Shown here piece by piece: positions 17,406-26,675 of a stretch of DNA of 54,321 bases. The stretch covers positions 1 through 54,321 of the IMG/VR virus record IMGVR_UViG_3300036985_004801. The stretch is one strand, 5' to 3'. Under the pieces are notes generated by a model. That model saw nothing but the letters and a program-made list of their open reading frames with translations. It made no database searches and had not been told where the DNA came from. Source of the DNA: a virus. Its lineage: Duplodnaviria > Caudoviricetes. The stretch's first letter is position 1. Every line of letters begins with the position of its first letter. Position numbers and translations under genes: made by a program.

Positions 17406-20140
17406 TGGAAGTATTAAATGCAATGGATTTCAAAAAGGGTAAGAAAACCAAAAAAAATAGATTTGGTGTTTTTACTCAACCTATTCAATTCATTCCTGCT
17501 GAGGAAAAAGATGATGACTGGTCAAAACATAATTTAGATTGGTTAGAGTGGCAAGGCATTAAACAGATTATGTCTAAGGCAAGACGTATAATGAAGAATT
17601 ATAAGTTAGCTAAAGGTACTATTGATAAAAGTGATTATCTTCCTGATGTTGAAAATGATATGACAGAAATGTTAGAAGTTTTAACTGAGGGTAACAATGA
17701 AGCATTAGAATTAAAATTTTATCCATTAATTCCAAATATCATTAATACAATGGTATCTGAATTTGCAAAAAGAAATACTAAGATAGACTATAGAGCTATT
17801 GATGAGTATTCTTATAATGAGATAATGGATAAAAAAACTGAAGAGATTGGTAGAGTCTTATTAGAAGATGCTCAACAAAAACTTGTAGTTAAAATGGTAG
17901 AGATGGGAATGGATCCTAATTCTCCTGAAGCACAAGAGCAACTTAATCCTGAAGCTTTAAAAAGATTACCAGAGATAGAAGAGTTTTATACAAAAAAATA
18001 TGAAACCCTTGCTGAAAGATGGGCTGTTAAACAACATGCTATTGATGTAAACCGTTTCAGAATGGATGAAATGGAAGAACTAGCATTTAGAGATTCACTA
18101 ATTACAGATAGTGAGTTTTGGCATTTTAAAATGTTAGAAGATGATTATGATATTCAATTATTAAATCCTGCACTTACATTCTACCATAAATCTCCTAATG
18201 TACATTATATCTCACAAGGCAATTGGGCTGGTTGGGTAGACATGCTTACAATATCTGATGTAGTAGATAAGTATGGGTATTTAATGACAGCAGAACAACT
18301 TGAATCACTTGAGCTATTGCATCCTGCTAGATCAGCTAGATATATGATTGATGGTATTCCTAATGATGGATCTCTTTACGATACAGATGAAAGTGTAGAA
18401 TCAAATAGAAGAGTTGGTGTAGATATGAAGCGTCATCTTTCTTTTATAGAAAATGCTCATGATCCTCATGATATTGTATCTTATATTATTGGACAAAGTG
18501 AACATGCTGGTAATTTACATACTGTTGAGTTATTAAGAGTTTCAACTTCTTATTGGAAAACACAAAGAAAAATTGGTAATCTTACTAAGATAGATGAAAA
18601 TGGAGCAGTAATAACTGAGATCGTTGATGAAAATTATCTTTTAACTTCTAAACCAATTTACAATAAAGTATTTGAAAAGAAAGAAACTGCTGATAACTTA
18701 GTCTTTGGAGATCATATTGATTGGTTCTGGATTAATCAAACTTGGGGTGGTGTAAAGATTGGAAACAACAGAACTATCTTTAATACAGAAACTGATTCTG
18801 ATTTTGAACCTATTTATTTGGGTATTGACAGAACTAAACCTGGACCACTTAGATTTCAATTCAAAGGAGATAAAACTATGTATGGGTGTAAACTTCCTAT
18901 AGAAGGTAAAGTATTCTCAGATAGAAATACTAAGTCTACATCACTAGTTGATTTAATGAAACCTGCACAGATAGGATTTAACATGTGTAATAATCAAATA
19001 GCAGATATATTAGTAGATGAACTAGGTTCAGTAATTGTACTTGATCAAAATGCTATTCCTAAACATTCTATGGGTGAAGACTGGGGTAAAAACAATTTAG
19101 CTAAAGCTTATGTAGCAATGAAAGATTTTTCTATGCTTCCATTAGATCCTTCTATAGCTAATACTGAAAGTGCTACCAACTTCCAACACTATCAAGTTCT
19201 AAACATGGAACAATCAAATAGATTGATGTCTAGGATTCAATTAGCTAATTACTTTAAACAGCAATGTATGGAAGTAGTTGGTTTAAACCCTCAGCGTATG
19301 GGCCAACAACTTGGACAAACTAATACAGCTACAGGAGTTGAACAAGCAATGGCTGGATCTTATGCACAAACTGAAACTTATTTTATTCAACACTCAGATC
19401 ATTTGATGCCAAGAGTTCATGCAATGAGAACAGACCTTGCTCAATATTATCATTCAAATAATCCATCTACTAGATTGCAAGGTATGATTTCACCAGATGA
19501 AAGAACAAACTTTGAAATCAATGGTACTGATTTATTACTTGTTGACTTAAATGTTTTTTGTCAAACTAATGCTAATAATAGACAGTTGCTAGAACAATTG
19601 AAACAAGTGTTCATGTCTAACAATACTACTGGAGCATCAGTTTATGACTTAGGTAAGTTAATGCAATCAGACTCTCTTGGAACTATTAACATGGCTCTTA
19701 GATCAATTGAAGATAAATCTGAAGAAAGAAGAAAAGAAGAAATGCAATCTCAACAAAAACAACAAGAGGCTGCAATTCAGGCATCTAAAGATGAAAAACA
19801 AATGGAGTTTGATCATGAGTCAAGAGAAAAAGAAAAAGATCGTAGATCTAGATTACTTGAAGCAGAGATTAAAGCAGCTGGTTATGGTGCTCAACAAGAT
19901 ATTAATGAAAATAAAGTTTCTGATTTCACAGACTCTTTAAAAGATGTTAAACAATCTGAGCAATATGCTGATACTATGAACTTTAATCAAACTAAAGAGT
20001 CTAATAAACAGGATATTCATCAACAAAGATTAGACTTAGATAGAGAAAAGATGATGAATGAAACAAGGAATAAACAACTTGAGTTAGCCATTGCAAGAGA
20101 AAATAAAAACAAGTTTGATACTAAAAAACCTAATAAGTAA
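17405..20140 (+). CDS. portal protein
   Basis: 911 aa after TerL; FYPLIPNIINTMVSE, SLVDLMKP, GLNPQRMGQ, TATGVEQA motifs and long C-terminal coiled coil as in crAss-like portals. Confidence 0.85.
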   Translation: MEVLNAMDFKKGKKTKKNRFGVFTQPIQFIPAEEKDDDWSKHNLDWLEWQGIKQIMSKARRIMKNYKLAKGTIDKSDYLPDVENDMTEMLEVLTEGNNEALELKFYPLIPNIINTMVSEFAKRNTKIDYRAIDEYSYNEIMDKKTEEIGRVLLEDAQQKLVVKMVEMGMDPNSPEAQEQLNPEALKRLPEIEEFYTKKYETLAERWAVKQHAIDVNRFRMDEMEELAFRDSLITDSEFWHFKMLEDDYDIQLLNPALTFYHKSPNVHYISQGNWAGWVDMLTISDVVDKYGYLMTAEQLESLELLHPARSARYMIDGIPNDGSLYDTDESVESNRRVGVDMKRHLSFIENAHDPHDIVSYIIGQSEHAGNLHTVELLRVSTSYWKTQRKIGNLTKIDENGAVITEIVDENYLLTSKPIYNKVFEKKETADNLVFGDHIDWFWINQTWGGVKIGNNRTIFNTETDSDFEPIYLGIDRTKPGPLRFQFKGDKTMYGCKLPIEGKVFSDRNTKSTSLVDLMKPAQIGFNMCNNQIADILVDELGSVIVLDQNAIPKHSMGEDWGKNNLAKAYVAMKDFSMLPLDPSIANTESATNFQHYQVLNMEQSNRLMSRIQLANYFKQQCMEVVGLNPQRMGQQLGQTNTATGVEQAMAGSYAQTETYFIQHSDHLMPRVHAMRTDLAQYYHSNNPSTRLQGMISPDERTNFEINGTDLLLVDLNVFCQTNANNRQLLEQLKQVFMSNNTTGASVYDLGKLMQSDSLGTINMALRSIEDKSEERRKEEMQSQQKQQEAAIQASKDEKQMEFDHESREKEKDRRSRLLEAEIKAAGYGAQQDINENKVSDFTDSLKDVKQSEQYADTMNFNQTKESNKQDIHQQRLDLDREKMMNETRNKQLELAIARENKNKFDTKKPNK

Positions 20141-20223
20141 ATAATTTATACATTATAACTATAGTATAACAAAAAGTTTTTTTTAATCTAAAATAGTTAA
20201 ACAAATATTGTTTAGAATTGGAT

Positions 20224-20243
20224 AAATTTGCTTATATTAAATA
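20224..20243 (+). promoter_or_regulatory. phage-type TATATTA motif variant (AAATTTGCTTATATTAAATA)
   Basis: Same core as motifs at 2646, 26631, 30612, 37100, 44181. Confidence 0.45.
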
Positions 20244-20267
20244 CAGTCAGTACTAAAACCAATAATA

Positions 20268-21533
20268 ATGACAGAAGAAGAAAAAGCAGTTAATACTGCA
20301 AACAGTCCTACTACAGCGGTAGAGGAGATTGATTTTGATAATTTAGATGATCTATTAGGTATTCCTTCAGCAAGTTCTATTATAGTTGCTACAGAATCTA
20401 AGCCATCTGTTTTAAAGTCAAACAAGGTTGACATATCGTTTCTAGATGACATTGATGATAATGACACAGTAGCAGCACAAGACCCTGAAGTTGCTAAAGC
20501 AATGGTTGCCTCTATAGTAGATGCACCAGCAGACAACTTTGAGGAGGAGGAAGATCAAGTTAATAAAGGAGGAAGACCTAGATTAACTAAAGATGCTATG
20601 GTTGAAGCAACTACTAGACTAATTGAGAAAGGAGTTTTGCAACCATTTAATGATGGCAAAGCTTTAGCAGATTATACAGTAGATGATTTTGAAGAGTTGA
20701 TTCAATTAAATATTGATTCTCAAAATCAAGAAGTTGCTCAAAATGCACCAGTTGAGTTGTTTAAACAACTACCACAAGATGTGCAAGCAGTTGTTCATTA
20801 TGCTTTAAATAATGGACAAGACATGAAATCTCTTTTCTCTCAACTTGCTAAATCTCAAGAAACATTTGATTTAGATGTTTCTGTAGAAGCAGATCAAGAA
20901 AGTATTGCTAGACAATATTTAGATCTATCTGGGTTTGGAACAGTTGAAGAAATTGAGGATGAAGTAAATGTTCTTAAAGATCGTGGAGATCTAGCTAAAT
21001 ATGCTGAAAGGTATAAACCAAAGTTAGATGCAAGACAGGCTGATGTAATTGAAAAAAGATTGAAAGATCAACAAGCAGCTAAGAACAGAAAGATTGATAT
21101 GGAAAAGAAATATCATGATGTTGTATATAATACTTTAAATTCAAGTAGTTTAAATGGGATTCCATTAAATAACAAAATTCAAACAATGTTATATTATGGT
21201 TTAACTGATTCTACTAAATATCAAGATTCAAAAGGTAATGCTACTAATGCATTAGGATTTCTATTAGAACAACACCAATTTGGTGAAAATGCTAATCCTT
21301 CTTTAGTAGCTGAAGCTTTATGGTTGCTAGCTGATCCTGTTAATTACAGAAGTTCAGTAAAACAATTAGGTGCAAATGTTGCAAATTCTAATACTGTAAG
21401 ACAACTTAGAACTGAAGAAGCTTCTAGGAATAGTTCATCAACAGGAATAGGTGACACAAGTACAAGTGCTGCGAGAGTAACGAATAAAAGAGAGCCATTA
21501 AGAAGGCCAGGAAAATCTTTATTCTCCAGATAA
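20268..21533 (+). CDS. putative capsid scaffolding protein
   Basis: Acidic helical protein between portal and MCP, basic C-terminal tail. Confidence 0.65.
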   Translation: MTEEEKAVNTANSPTTAVEEIDFDNLDDLLGIPSASSIIVATESKPSVLKSNKVDISFLDDIDDNDTVAAQDPEVAKAMVASIVDAPADNFEEEEDQVNKGGRPRLTKDAMVEATTRLIEKGVLQPFNDGKALADYTVDDFEELIQLNIDSQNQEVAQNAPVELFKQLPQDVQAVVHYALNNGQDMKSLFSQLAKSQETFDLDVSVEADQESIARQYLDLSGFGTVEEIEDEVNVLKDRGDLAKYAERYKPKLDARQADVIEKRLKDQQAAKNRKIDMEKKYHDVVYNTLNSSSLNGIPLNNKIQTMLYYGLTDSTKYQDSKGNATNALGFLLEQHQFGENANPSLVAEALWLLADPVNYRSSVKQLGANVANSNTVRQLRTEEASRNSSSTGIGDTSTSAARVTNKREPLRRPGKSLFSR

Positions 21534-21564
21534 ATTAGTGTAAATAATTAATAAATAAATAAAA

Positions 21565-23181
21565 ATGAGTACTCCAGTTTTAAATAATGGTATGTTCCTT
21601 CGGGACAACCATTACACAGCAAGCTCTCATGTGGATTCTTACCACTTGATGAATTTGATGAAAGATGCACAACCTGATGATTTGGGACCAATTGAACTTT
21701 GGGCACAAGTTAAAAAGTTGGAAATGCCTTTATATCAAATGTCTTCATTTAATGGTAAGAATGTTATTGAGGTAAATCACCCAAGAGGTGAATATAAATG
21801 GTCAACTCCAGTATCGGAAGAACTTCCTTTCATTATGGAAGATCTTGATCCAATGAATACTGCAAAAGGTATTGATGGAACACCATTTAAAATTAAATTG
21901 AACAAAAGAATTTTTGGTCATGGTGATATCATTACTTATGATAAATTTAATGGTAAAGAACTTTATATCACAGATGAGGACATCTTGGATATGGGAGATG
22001 GTTTCATCTACACAGTTTCTATGCCTAACAATGATTCTACAGGTACATTTGATAACCGTTTCTTGACTAACAATACATATTTCTTCAGAGTAGGTTCTGC
22101 TAGAGGTGAGTATGGTGAAAGATATTCTGATCTTTCTATGACTCACACAACTCGTGAGTTCTATAACTATGTTGGTAATGCTGATGCTCACGTTCACTAT
22201 TCTATCTCTTCTAAAGTTAAGTTGATGGAAAAAGGTGGTATGCAAGCTGATGGTTCAGTTCCTGTAACTGAAATCTGGAAAAACTTTGATACATCAATGG
22301 ATCCTTCAATCAATACATTGGAAGGAATGGTTGCTGCTAAAGGTCAAGGGTATGTGAAAAAAGCAATGGAAAATGGTAACTTAGTTCGTTCTTTCATTAC
22401 TAAATTAGAAGCTGCTCACCTTTCTAAAATTGCTTATGATATTGAAACTTACCTTATGTGGGGTAAAGGAGGTAGAATTAAACAAGATGGTCCAGATGAT
22501 TTAAGATTATCAGTAGGTTTGTGGAAACAATTAGATTTGTCTTACAAACATGTTTACAACAAATCTGATTTCAAATTAGATATCTTCCGTTCTGAAATTT
22601 TCAACTTCTTCAATGGTAAAGTTGATTTCCAAGGACCAGATCCTAAGAGAGAACTTATTGTTCAAACTGGAATGGGTGGAATGAGAATGATCAATGAAGC
22701 TATCAAACGTGATGCTTTTGCTTCAGGTCTTGTTATGAATGCTAAAGAATTAGAAGCAGTTAAAGGTTCAGGAATGGATTTATCTTATGGTTTCTCTTTT
22801 ACAGCGTACACAATTCCTTTCTTGGCTAATATCAAGTTTGTATTGAATCCTGCATTTGATAACTTACAAAACAATGAGATTGAAAACCCAATCATTGATG
22901 GTTTCCGTCTTTCTTCTTATTCTTTCATCATCTTTGATGTTACTGAAAATGGACAAGACAATATTAAATTATTGAAATGTGCTTGGAATAAAGAACTTGT
23001 TTGGAGATATGTTAATGGTTCTATGGATTATATGGGAAGAACTCAAGGGTTTGCTTCTACAGGTAACTTCAATGGATACCAAATCTACATGACGCAAGCA
23101 ATGCCTGCTATCAAAGTAGAAGATCCTACTAAAGTTTTAAAAATTGTTATGAGAAATCCAGTTACTGGAGGTTCATTATAA
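21565..23181 (+). CDS. major capsid protein
   Basis: 538 aa, canonical position after portal/scaffold, high-expression codon bias, strong terminator after; LMWGKGG, VGLWKQL, QTGMGG motifs typical of crAss-like MCPs. Confidence 0.85.
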   Translation: MSTPVLNNGMFLRDNHYTASSHVDSYHLMNLMKDAQPDDLGPIELWAQVKKLEMPLYQMSSFNGKNVIEVNHPRGEYKWSTPVSEELPFIMEDLDPMNTAKGIDGTPFKIKLNKRIFGHGDIITYDKFNGKELYITDEDILDMGDGFIYTVSMPNNDSTGTFDNRFLTNNTYFFRVGSARGEYGERYSDLSMTHTTREFYNYVGNADAHVHYSISSKVKLMEKGGMQADGSVPVTEIWKNFDTSMDPSINTLEGMVAAKGQGYVKKAMENGNLVRSFITKLEAAHLSKIAYDIETYLMWGKGGRIKQDGPDDLRLSVGLWKQLDLSYKHVYNKSDFKLDIFRSEIFNFFNGKVDFQGPDPKRELIVQTGMGGMRMINEAIKRDAFASGLVMNAKELEAVKGSGMDLSYGFSFTAYTIPFLANIKFVLNPAFDNLQNNEIENPIIDGFRLSSYSFIIFDVTENGQDNIKLLKCAWNKELVWRYVNGSMDYMGRTQGFASTGNFNGYQIYMTQAMPAIKVEDPTKVLKIVMRNPVTGGSL

Positions 23182-23197
23182 TATTTAATTTATTAAT

Positions 23198-23224
23198 AAA
23201 GGAGTTGGGAAACTGACTCCTTTT
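23198..23224 (+). terminator. intrinsic terminator after MCP
   Basis: AAAGGAGTTGG-GAAA-CTGACTCCTTTT. Confidence 0.8.
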
Positions 23225-23237
23225 AAACTTTATAATT

Positions 23238-23495
23238 ATGTCAACAATAAAAGTAGGTGTAAGTAGCCCAGATCCAATTCTAGCAAGATCTTCTTATTCT
23301 GAATCTGCAATAGCAAGAATTGCTCATATTAATGAAGCAGTTCGTTTGGTAAAAGCAGATGTAGATGCAGTTGGTGTTTTACCAGCTTCTACAAATCTCA
23401 CAGCAACAAGCGTTAATACTTTAAGAGCTGCAGTAGAAATTAGATTAGATGATATTGAATCAAAACTTAATGCTTTAATATTAGCATTATCATAA
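23238..23495 (+). CDS. small putative head-associated protein
   Basis: 85 aa after MCP; C-terminal short coiled coil (KLNALILAL). Confidence 0.55.
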   Translation: MSTIKVGVSSPDPILARSSYSESAIARIAHINEAVRLVKADVDAVGVLPASTNLTATSVNTLRAAVEIRLDDIESKLNALILALS

Positions 23496-23503
23496 ATTTG
23501 ACT

Positions 23504-23533
23504 GGCAGTTTTAGAAATAGAACTGCCTTTTTT
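23504..23533 (+). terminator. intrinsic terminator
   Basis: GGCAGTTTTA-GAAA-TAGAACTGCC plus T-run. Confidence 0.8.
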
Positions 23534-23535
23534 AT

Positions 23536-23543
23536 TATATTTG
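23536..23543 (+). promoter_or_regulatory. Bacteroidota-type -7 box (TATATTTG)
   Basis: Immediately after terminator, upstream of ATG 23573. Confidence 0.6.
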
Positions 23544-23572
23544 TCAGTCATTAAAATAAACCAACAATTAAA

Positions 23573-24565
23573 ATGAGTACAAAATTAGAAAACTTGGGGA
23601 AAGTAAGTATCAAAGCTTACACAGATCCAAATCAAGAGAACATGGGATTAGAAAAGTATAACTATGTTGTATTTCCAAATACCTTTCAAGTTGAAACACT
23701 TGCAGCCATAGAACAAAATGGTAAGACAAGATATTTAACTGGGTTAAATGAATATGCTCCAGAAGTTAAACAGATTAAAGATCCAGAGAAAAAGAGTGCG
23801 GTTATTAAAGATATCCGTGAAACAGTTGCTATGCTAGAAAGAGAAAGAGCATTCAATCAAATTGATCCTGAAGATAAAGAATTTTGGTCAAAAGTTGAAA
23901 TGTTTACACCAGATAACTCAGATGTTTGGGGTAAAGTTTTCTTAAAGTTAGGTAATGATGATCAAGTATTAGATCCTAAGGAAAATCTTGATCACATGAT
24001 TCTTATTAAAGCAATTGAAAATGGTGGTTTCTCATTAGTAGCTGCAAATTTTGAGGATGCTAAAAGAACTAAACAAAGATGGTATTTAGATAGACAGATT
24101 GAATCTATCTCTACCAAAACTAATGTTACAAAACTTAGAAATAAGGCTCTTACTATTCTTCAAACATTATCAGAAGAGGATCCTAGAAAATTATTTTATA
24201 TTGCAAAAAATATAGATGCTAATAGTTCTCAATATACTAACAAGACTTTACAAGATGTTATCTATGACAACATGGATAAATATATTAATGGTCTTGGATA
24301 TGATACTGATAAAAAGAGATGTGCTACTGCATTTATTGATTATACAGGAATGTCAAATGAAGATTTAAAAATTAAGTCTATTATTAAAGATGCTAGTTTT
24401 TATAAATATATTATTGTTAAACCAGATGGTATGTTACATGAATCCTCTCAAAATGTTATGTTAGGAAGAAATGTATCTGATATTTTAGAGTATCTTAAAA
24501 ATCCATCTAATGATGATATGCTAGATCTATTAATGGCTAAAGTTGAAGATCTGTGGAGTAAGTAA
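23573..24565 (+). CDS. conserved crAss-like protein downstream of MCP
   Basis: 330 aa; size and position match the conserved post-MCP gene of the crAss capsid block. Confidence 0.6.
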   Translation: MSTKLENLGKVSIKAYTDPNQENMGLEKYNYVVFPNTFQVETLAAIEQNGKTRYLTGLNEYAPEVKQIKDPEKKSAVIKDIRETVAMLERERAFNQIDPEDKEFWSKVEMFTPDNSDVWGKVFLKLGNDDQVLDPKENLDHMILIKAIENGGFSLVAANFEDAKRTKQRWYLDRQIESISTKTNVTKLRNKALTILQTLSEEDPRKLFYIAKNIDANSSQYTNKTLQDVIYDNMDKYINGLGYDTDKKRCATAFIDYTGMSNEDLKIKSIIKDASFYKYIIVKPDGMLHESSQNVMLGRNVSDILEYLKNPSNDDMLDLLMAKVEDLWSK

Positions 24566-24581
24566 TTTAAAATCAGATATA

Positions 24582-24704
24582 ATGGCAACAATGAAAAAAG
24601 CATTACCAAAAGCTAAATGTGGAGGTGGTGCACCAAAGAAAGCAATGGGTGGTAAAGTTATCGCTAAAAAAGCTATGGGTGGTAAAATGAAAAAAGGTTG
24701 TTAA
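24582..24704 (+). CDS. 40-aa basic peptide built of KAxGG repeats
   Basis: Not in track; MATMKKALPKAKCGGGAPKKAMGGKVIAKKAMGGKMKKGC. Confidence 0.7.
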   Translation: MATMKKALPKAKCGGGAPKKAMGGKVIAKKAMGGKMKKGC

Positions 24705-24705
24705 A

Positions 24706-24993
24706 ATGGCTACCCCAGCTTGGACAAGAAAAGAAGGAAAAAATCCTAATGGTGGATTAAATGCTAAAGGTAGAGCATCTGCAAATGCGCAGGGCTCTAA
24801 CCTTAAAGCACCTGTTAAGTCTGGAACTAATCCAAGAAGGGTTAGTTTTGCTGCAAGATTTGGGGGTATGTCTGGTCCTGAAAAGAAACCAAATGGTGAA
24901 CCTACTAGACTAAAACTTGCTTTAAAAGCATGGGGGTTTGGTAGTAAAGAAGCAGCAAGAAATTTTGCTAATACACATAAAAAGAAAAAATAA
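24706..24993 (+). CDS. small basic phage protein (DUF6321-like)
   Basis: AWTRKEGKNPNGGLNAKGRAS...RRVSFAARF...LALKAW signature. Confidence 0.7.
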   Translation: MATPAWTRKEGKNPNGGLNAKGRASANAQGSNLKAPVKSGTNPRRVSFAARFGGMSGPEKKPNGEPTRLKLALKAWGFGSKEAARNFANTHKKKK

Positions 24994-25121
24994 TGGCAAA
25001 GACAACATCTACCACAAGTTCAAAGAAGTCAGAGTGTGCACTAAAAGTTAAAAAATCTTTTCAAGCAGGTATGATGATTGGGCGCAACATGAAAAAAACT
25101 GTTTCTAAAAAGAAAAAGTAA
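24993..25121 (+). CDS. 42-aa basic peptide
   Basis: Not in track; MAKTTSTTSSKKSECALKVKKSFQAGMMIGRNMKKTVSKKKK; TAATG overlaps on both sides. Confidence 0.7.
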   Translation: MAKTTSTTSSKKSECALKVKKSFQAGMMIGRNMKKTVSKKKK

Positions 25122-25288
25122 TGGCAATTAAAAAAGGTATGGGTTTCAAAGCAGCTCAAAAAGGGATTGCTAAAAAGCAAGGTGTTTCTATGGAAAGTGC
25201 TGGAGCTATATTAGCTTCTGCTGCAAGAAAAGCATCACCTGCTGCTAAGCGCAAGAATCCTAATCTTAAAAAAGTTAAAGGGAAATGA
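25121..25288 (+). CDS. 55-aa basic peptide
   Basis: Not in track; MAIKKGMGFKAAQKGIAKKQGVSMESAGAILASAARKASPAAKRKNPNLKKVKGK; ATGA overlap with next gene. Confidence 0.75.
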   Translation: MAIKKGMGFKAAQKGIAKKQGVSMESAGAILASAARKASPAAKRKNPNLKKVKGK

Positions 25289-25986
25289 CAAATGATACTA
25301 TTCAAATAAAAGTTAAGCAGCGTATAAATAAGTTATCTAGTAATGACTATGATAACATTATGCCATGGGAAATTGTTGAAGCTTTTAACAAAGGTCAAGT
25401 TGCTTGGTGTAGAAGAAATTTAGCTGGGACTAATGTTTCTAAAACAGGAGATGAAGGAAGTAAAAGAAGAATTGATGATTTACAACTACTTCTTACAGAA
25501 AAACCATTAACTATGGTAAAAAAAGATTTGTATTATACATCTCCTACTTTACCAGCAAATTATTTTGAATGGAAAAGATTATCTACCTATGCAAAGAAAG
25601 ATTGTTGTGATAAAAGAAAAATGATGATCTATCTTGCAGAGGAAGCTAATGTAGATAGTATTCTCAGAGATTATAATAAAAAGCCAAGTTTTGAATGGGC
25701 TGAAACTTTTTCAACTATAGCAAATAATAAGATTAAAGTATATACTAATAATGAATTTACTTTAGAAGATACTTTACTTATATACTACAGACAACCAAGA
25801 AAGATTGAAATCATTGGGGTATCTAATCCATATTCAGGTCTTATTTCTACAGCTGAGGTTGAATGTGAATTTAAAGATGATCTTGTAGAAATTTTTATAG
25901 ATGAATGTGTAAAAATACTAGCAGGAGATCTTGAGGATATTACAACTAATCAAATTGCAGATAATTCAGTAGAAACAAATAATTAA
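25285..25986 (+). CDS. putative head-tail connector/ring protein
   Basis: 233 aa; INKLSSN, FNKGQ, KRRIDDLQLL, YYRQP, CEF motifs and position match a conserved crAss-like structural gene. Confidence 0.6.
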   Translation: MTNDTIQIKVKQRINKLSSNDYDNIMPWEIVEAFNKGQVAWCRRNLAGTNVSKTGDEGSKRRIDDLQLLLTEKPLTMVKKDLYYTSPTLPANYFEWKRLSTYAKKDCCDKRKMMIYLAEEANVDSILRDYNKKPSFEWAETFSTIANNKIKVYTNNEFTLEDTLLIYYRQPRKIEIIGVSNPYSGLISTAEVECEFKDDLVEIFIDECVKILAGDLEDITTNQIADNSVETNN

Positions 25987-25993
25987 ATATAAA

Positions 25994-26461
25994 ATGAGTA
26001 CTCCACAAAGAAGTCTATTAGGTAGATCATCAACAGCAATAGGTTCTTCTGTACCTGTAAGCAAAATGTCATCATCGTATAATTGCGATCAAGGTGTTGC
26101 TGAAATGGTATCTGAATTAATGAATGCTGCAACTACTTTTCACAAACTTCATTTAAAAGTTGAAGGAGTTGGTTCTTATGCTGCACATAAAACTTTAGAT
26201 GATTTATATTCATCAATGCATGGATTTGCTGATACTTTAGCTGAAGGATATCAAGGTGCTGCATGTTGTATATTAAAATACAATGAAAGTGCTCCTAAGA
26301 CTGTAAATACAGTTAGTGATGCAATTACATTACTTAAAACTTTAAAAGACATGGTTTGTTCTCTTCAAGATAATATGCCATATACCGAAATTGTAAATGA
26401 TTTGGACACTATAAAAAGTGAGTTCAATTCTGCAATGTATAAATTAACATTCTTAAAATAA
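25994..26461 (+). CDS. Dps/ferritin-like protein
   Basis: HKLHL...SYAAHKTLDDLY...DTLAEGYQG is a Dps-type ferroxidase-centre pattern; C-terminal YKLTFLK. Confidence 0.75.
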   Translation: MSTPQRSLLGRSSTAIGSSVPVSKMSSSYNCDQGVAEMVSELMNAATTFHKLHLKVEGVGSYAAHKTLDDLYSSMHGFADTLAEGYQGAACCILKYNESAPKTVNTVSDAITLLKTLKDMVCSLQDNMPYTEIVNDLDTIKSEFNSAMYKLTFLK

Positions 26462-26466
26462 TAACT

Positions 26467-26601
26467 ATGGCAACTGCAAAAAAGAAAGCTGCGCCTGCAA
26501 AAGGTAAATGGGTTCCACCATGGATCAAAGCGGCAGTAGAGAAAAAAGCTGCTGGAAAAACTCCAGCTAAAACTGCTTCTAAAGCAAAGAGTAAAAAATA
26601 A
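26467..26601 (+). CDS. 44-aa histone H1-like K/A/P-rich peptide
   Basis: Not in track; MATAKKKAAPAKGKWVPPWIKAAVEKKAAGKTPAKTASKAKSKK. Confidence 0.7.
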   Translation: MATAKKKAAPAKGKWVPPWIKAAVEKKAAGKTPAKTASKAKSKK

Positions 26602-26630
26602 ATAATATTTATATTGCATATATGAATTTT

Positions 26631-26646
26631 ATTTACTATATTATTA
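26631..26646 (+). promoter_or_regulatory. phage-type TATATTA motif
   Basis: ATTTACTATATTATTA in intergenic gap upstream of ATG 26676. Confidence 0.45.
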
Positions 26647-26675
26647 TATTGTTTATAAATTAAAAAAATAAAAAA

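Noticed and set aside
15010-23181. Introns or inteins in terminase, portal or capsid genes
   Set aside because: ORFs are continuous with expected sizes; no intein splice motifs or embedded homing endonucleases seen.
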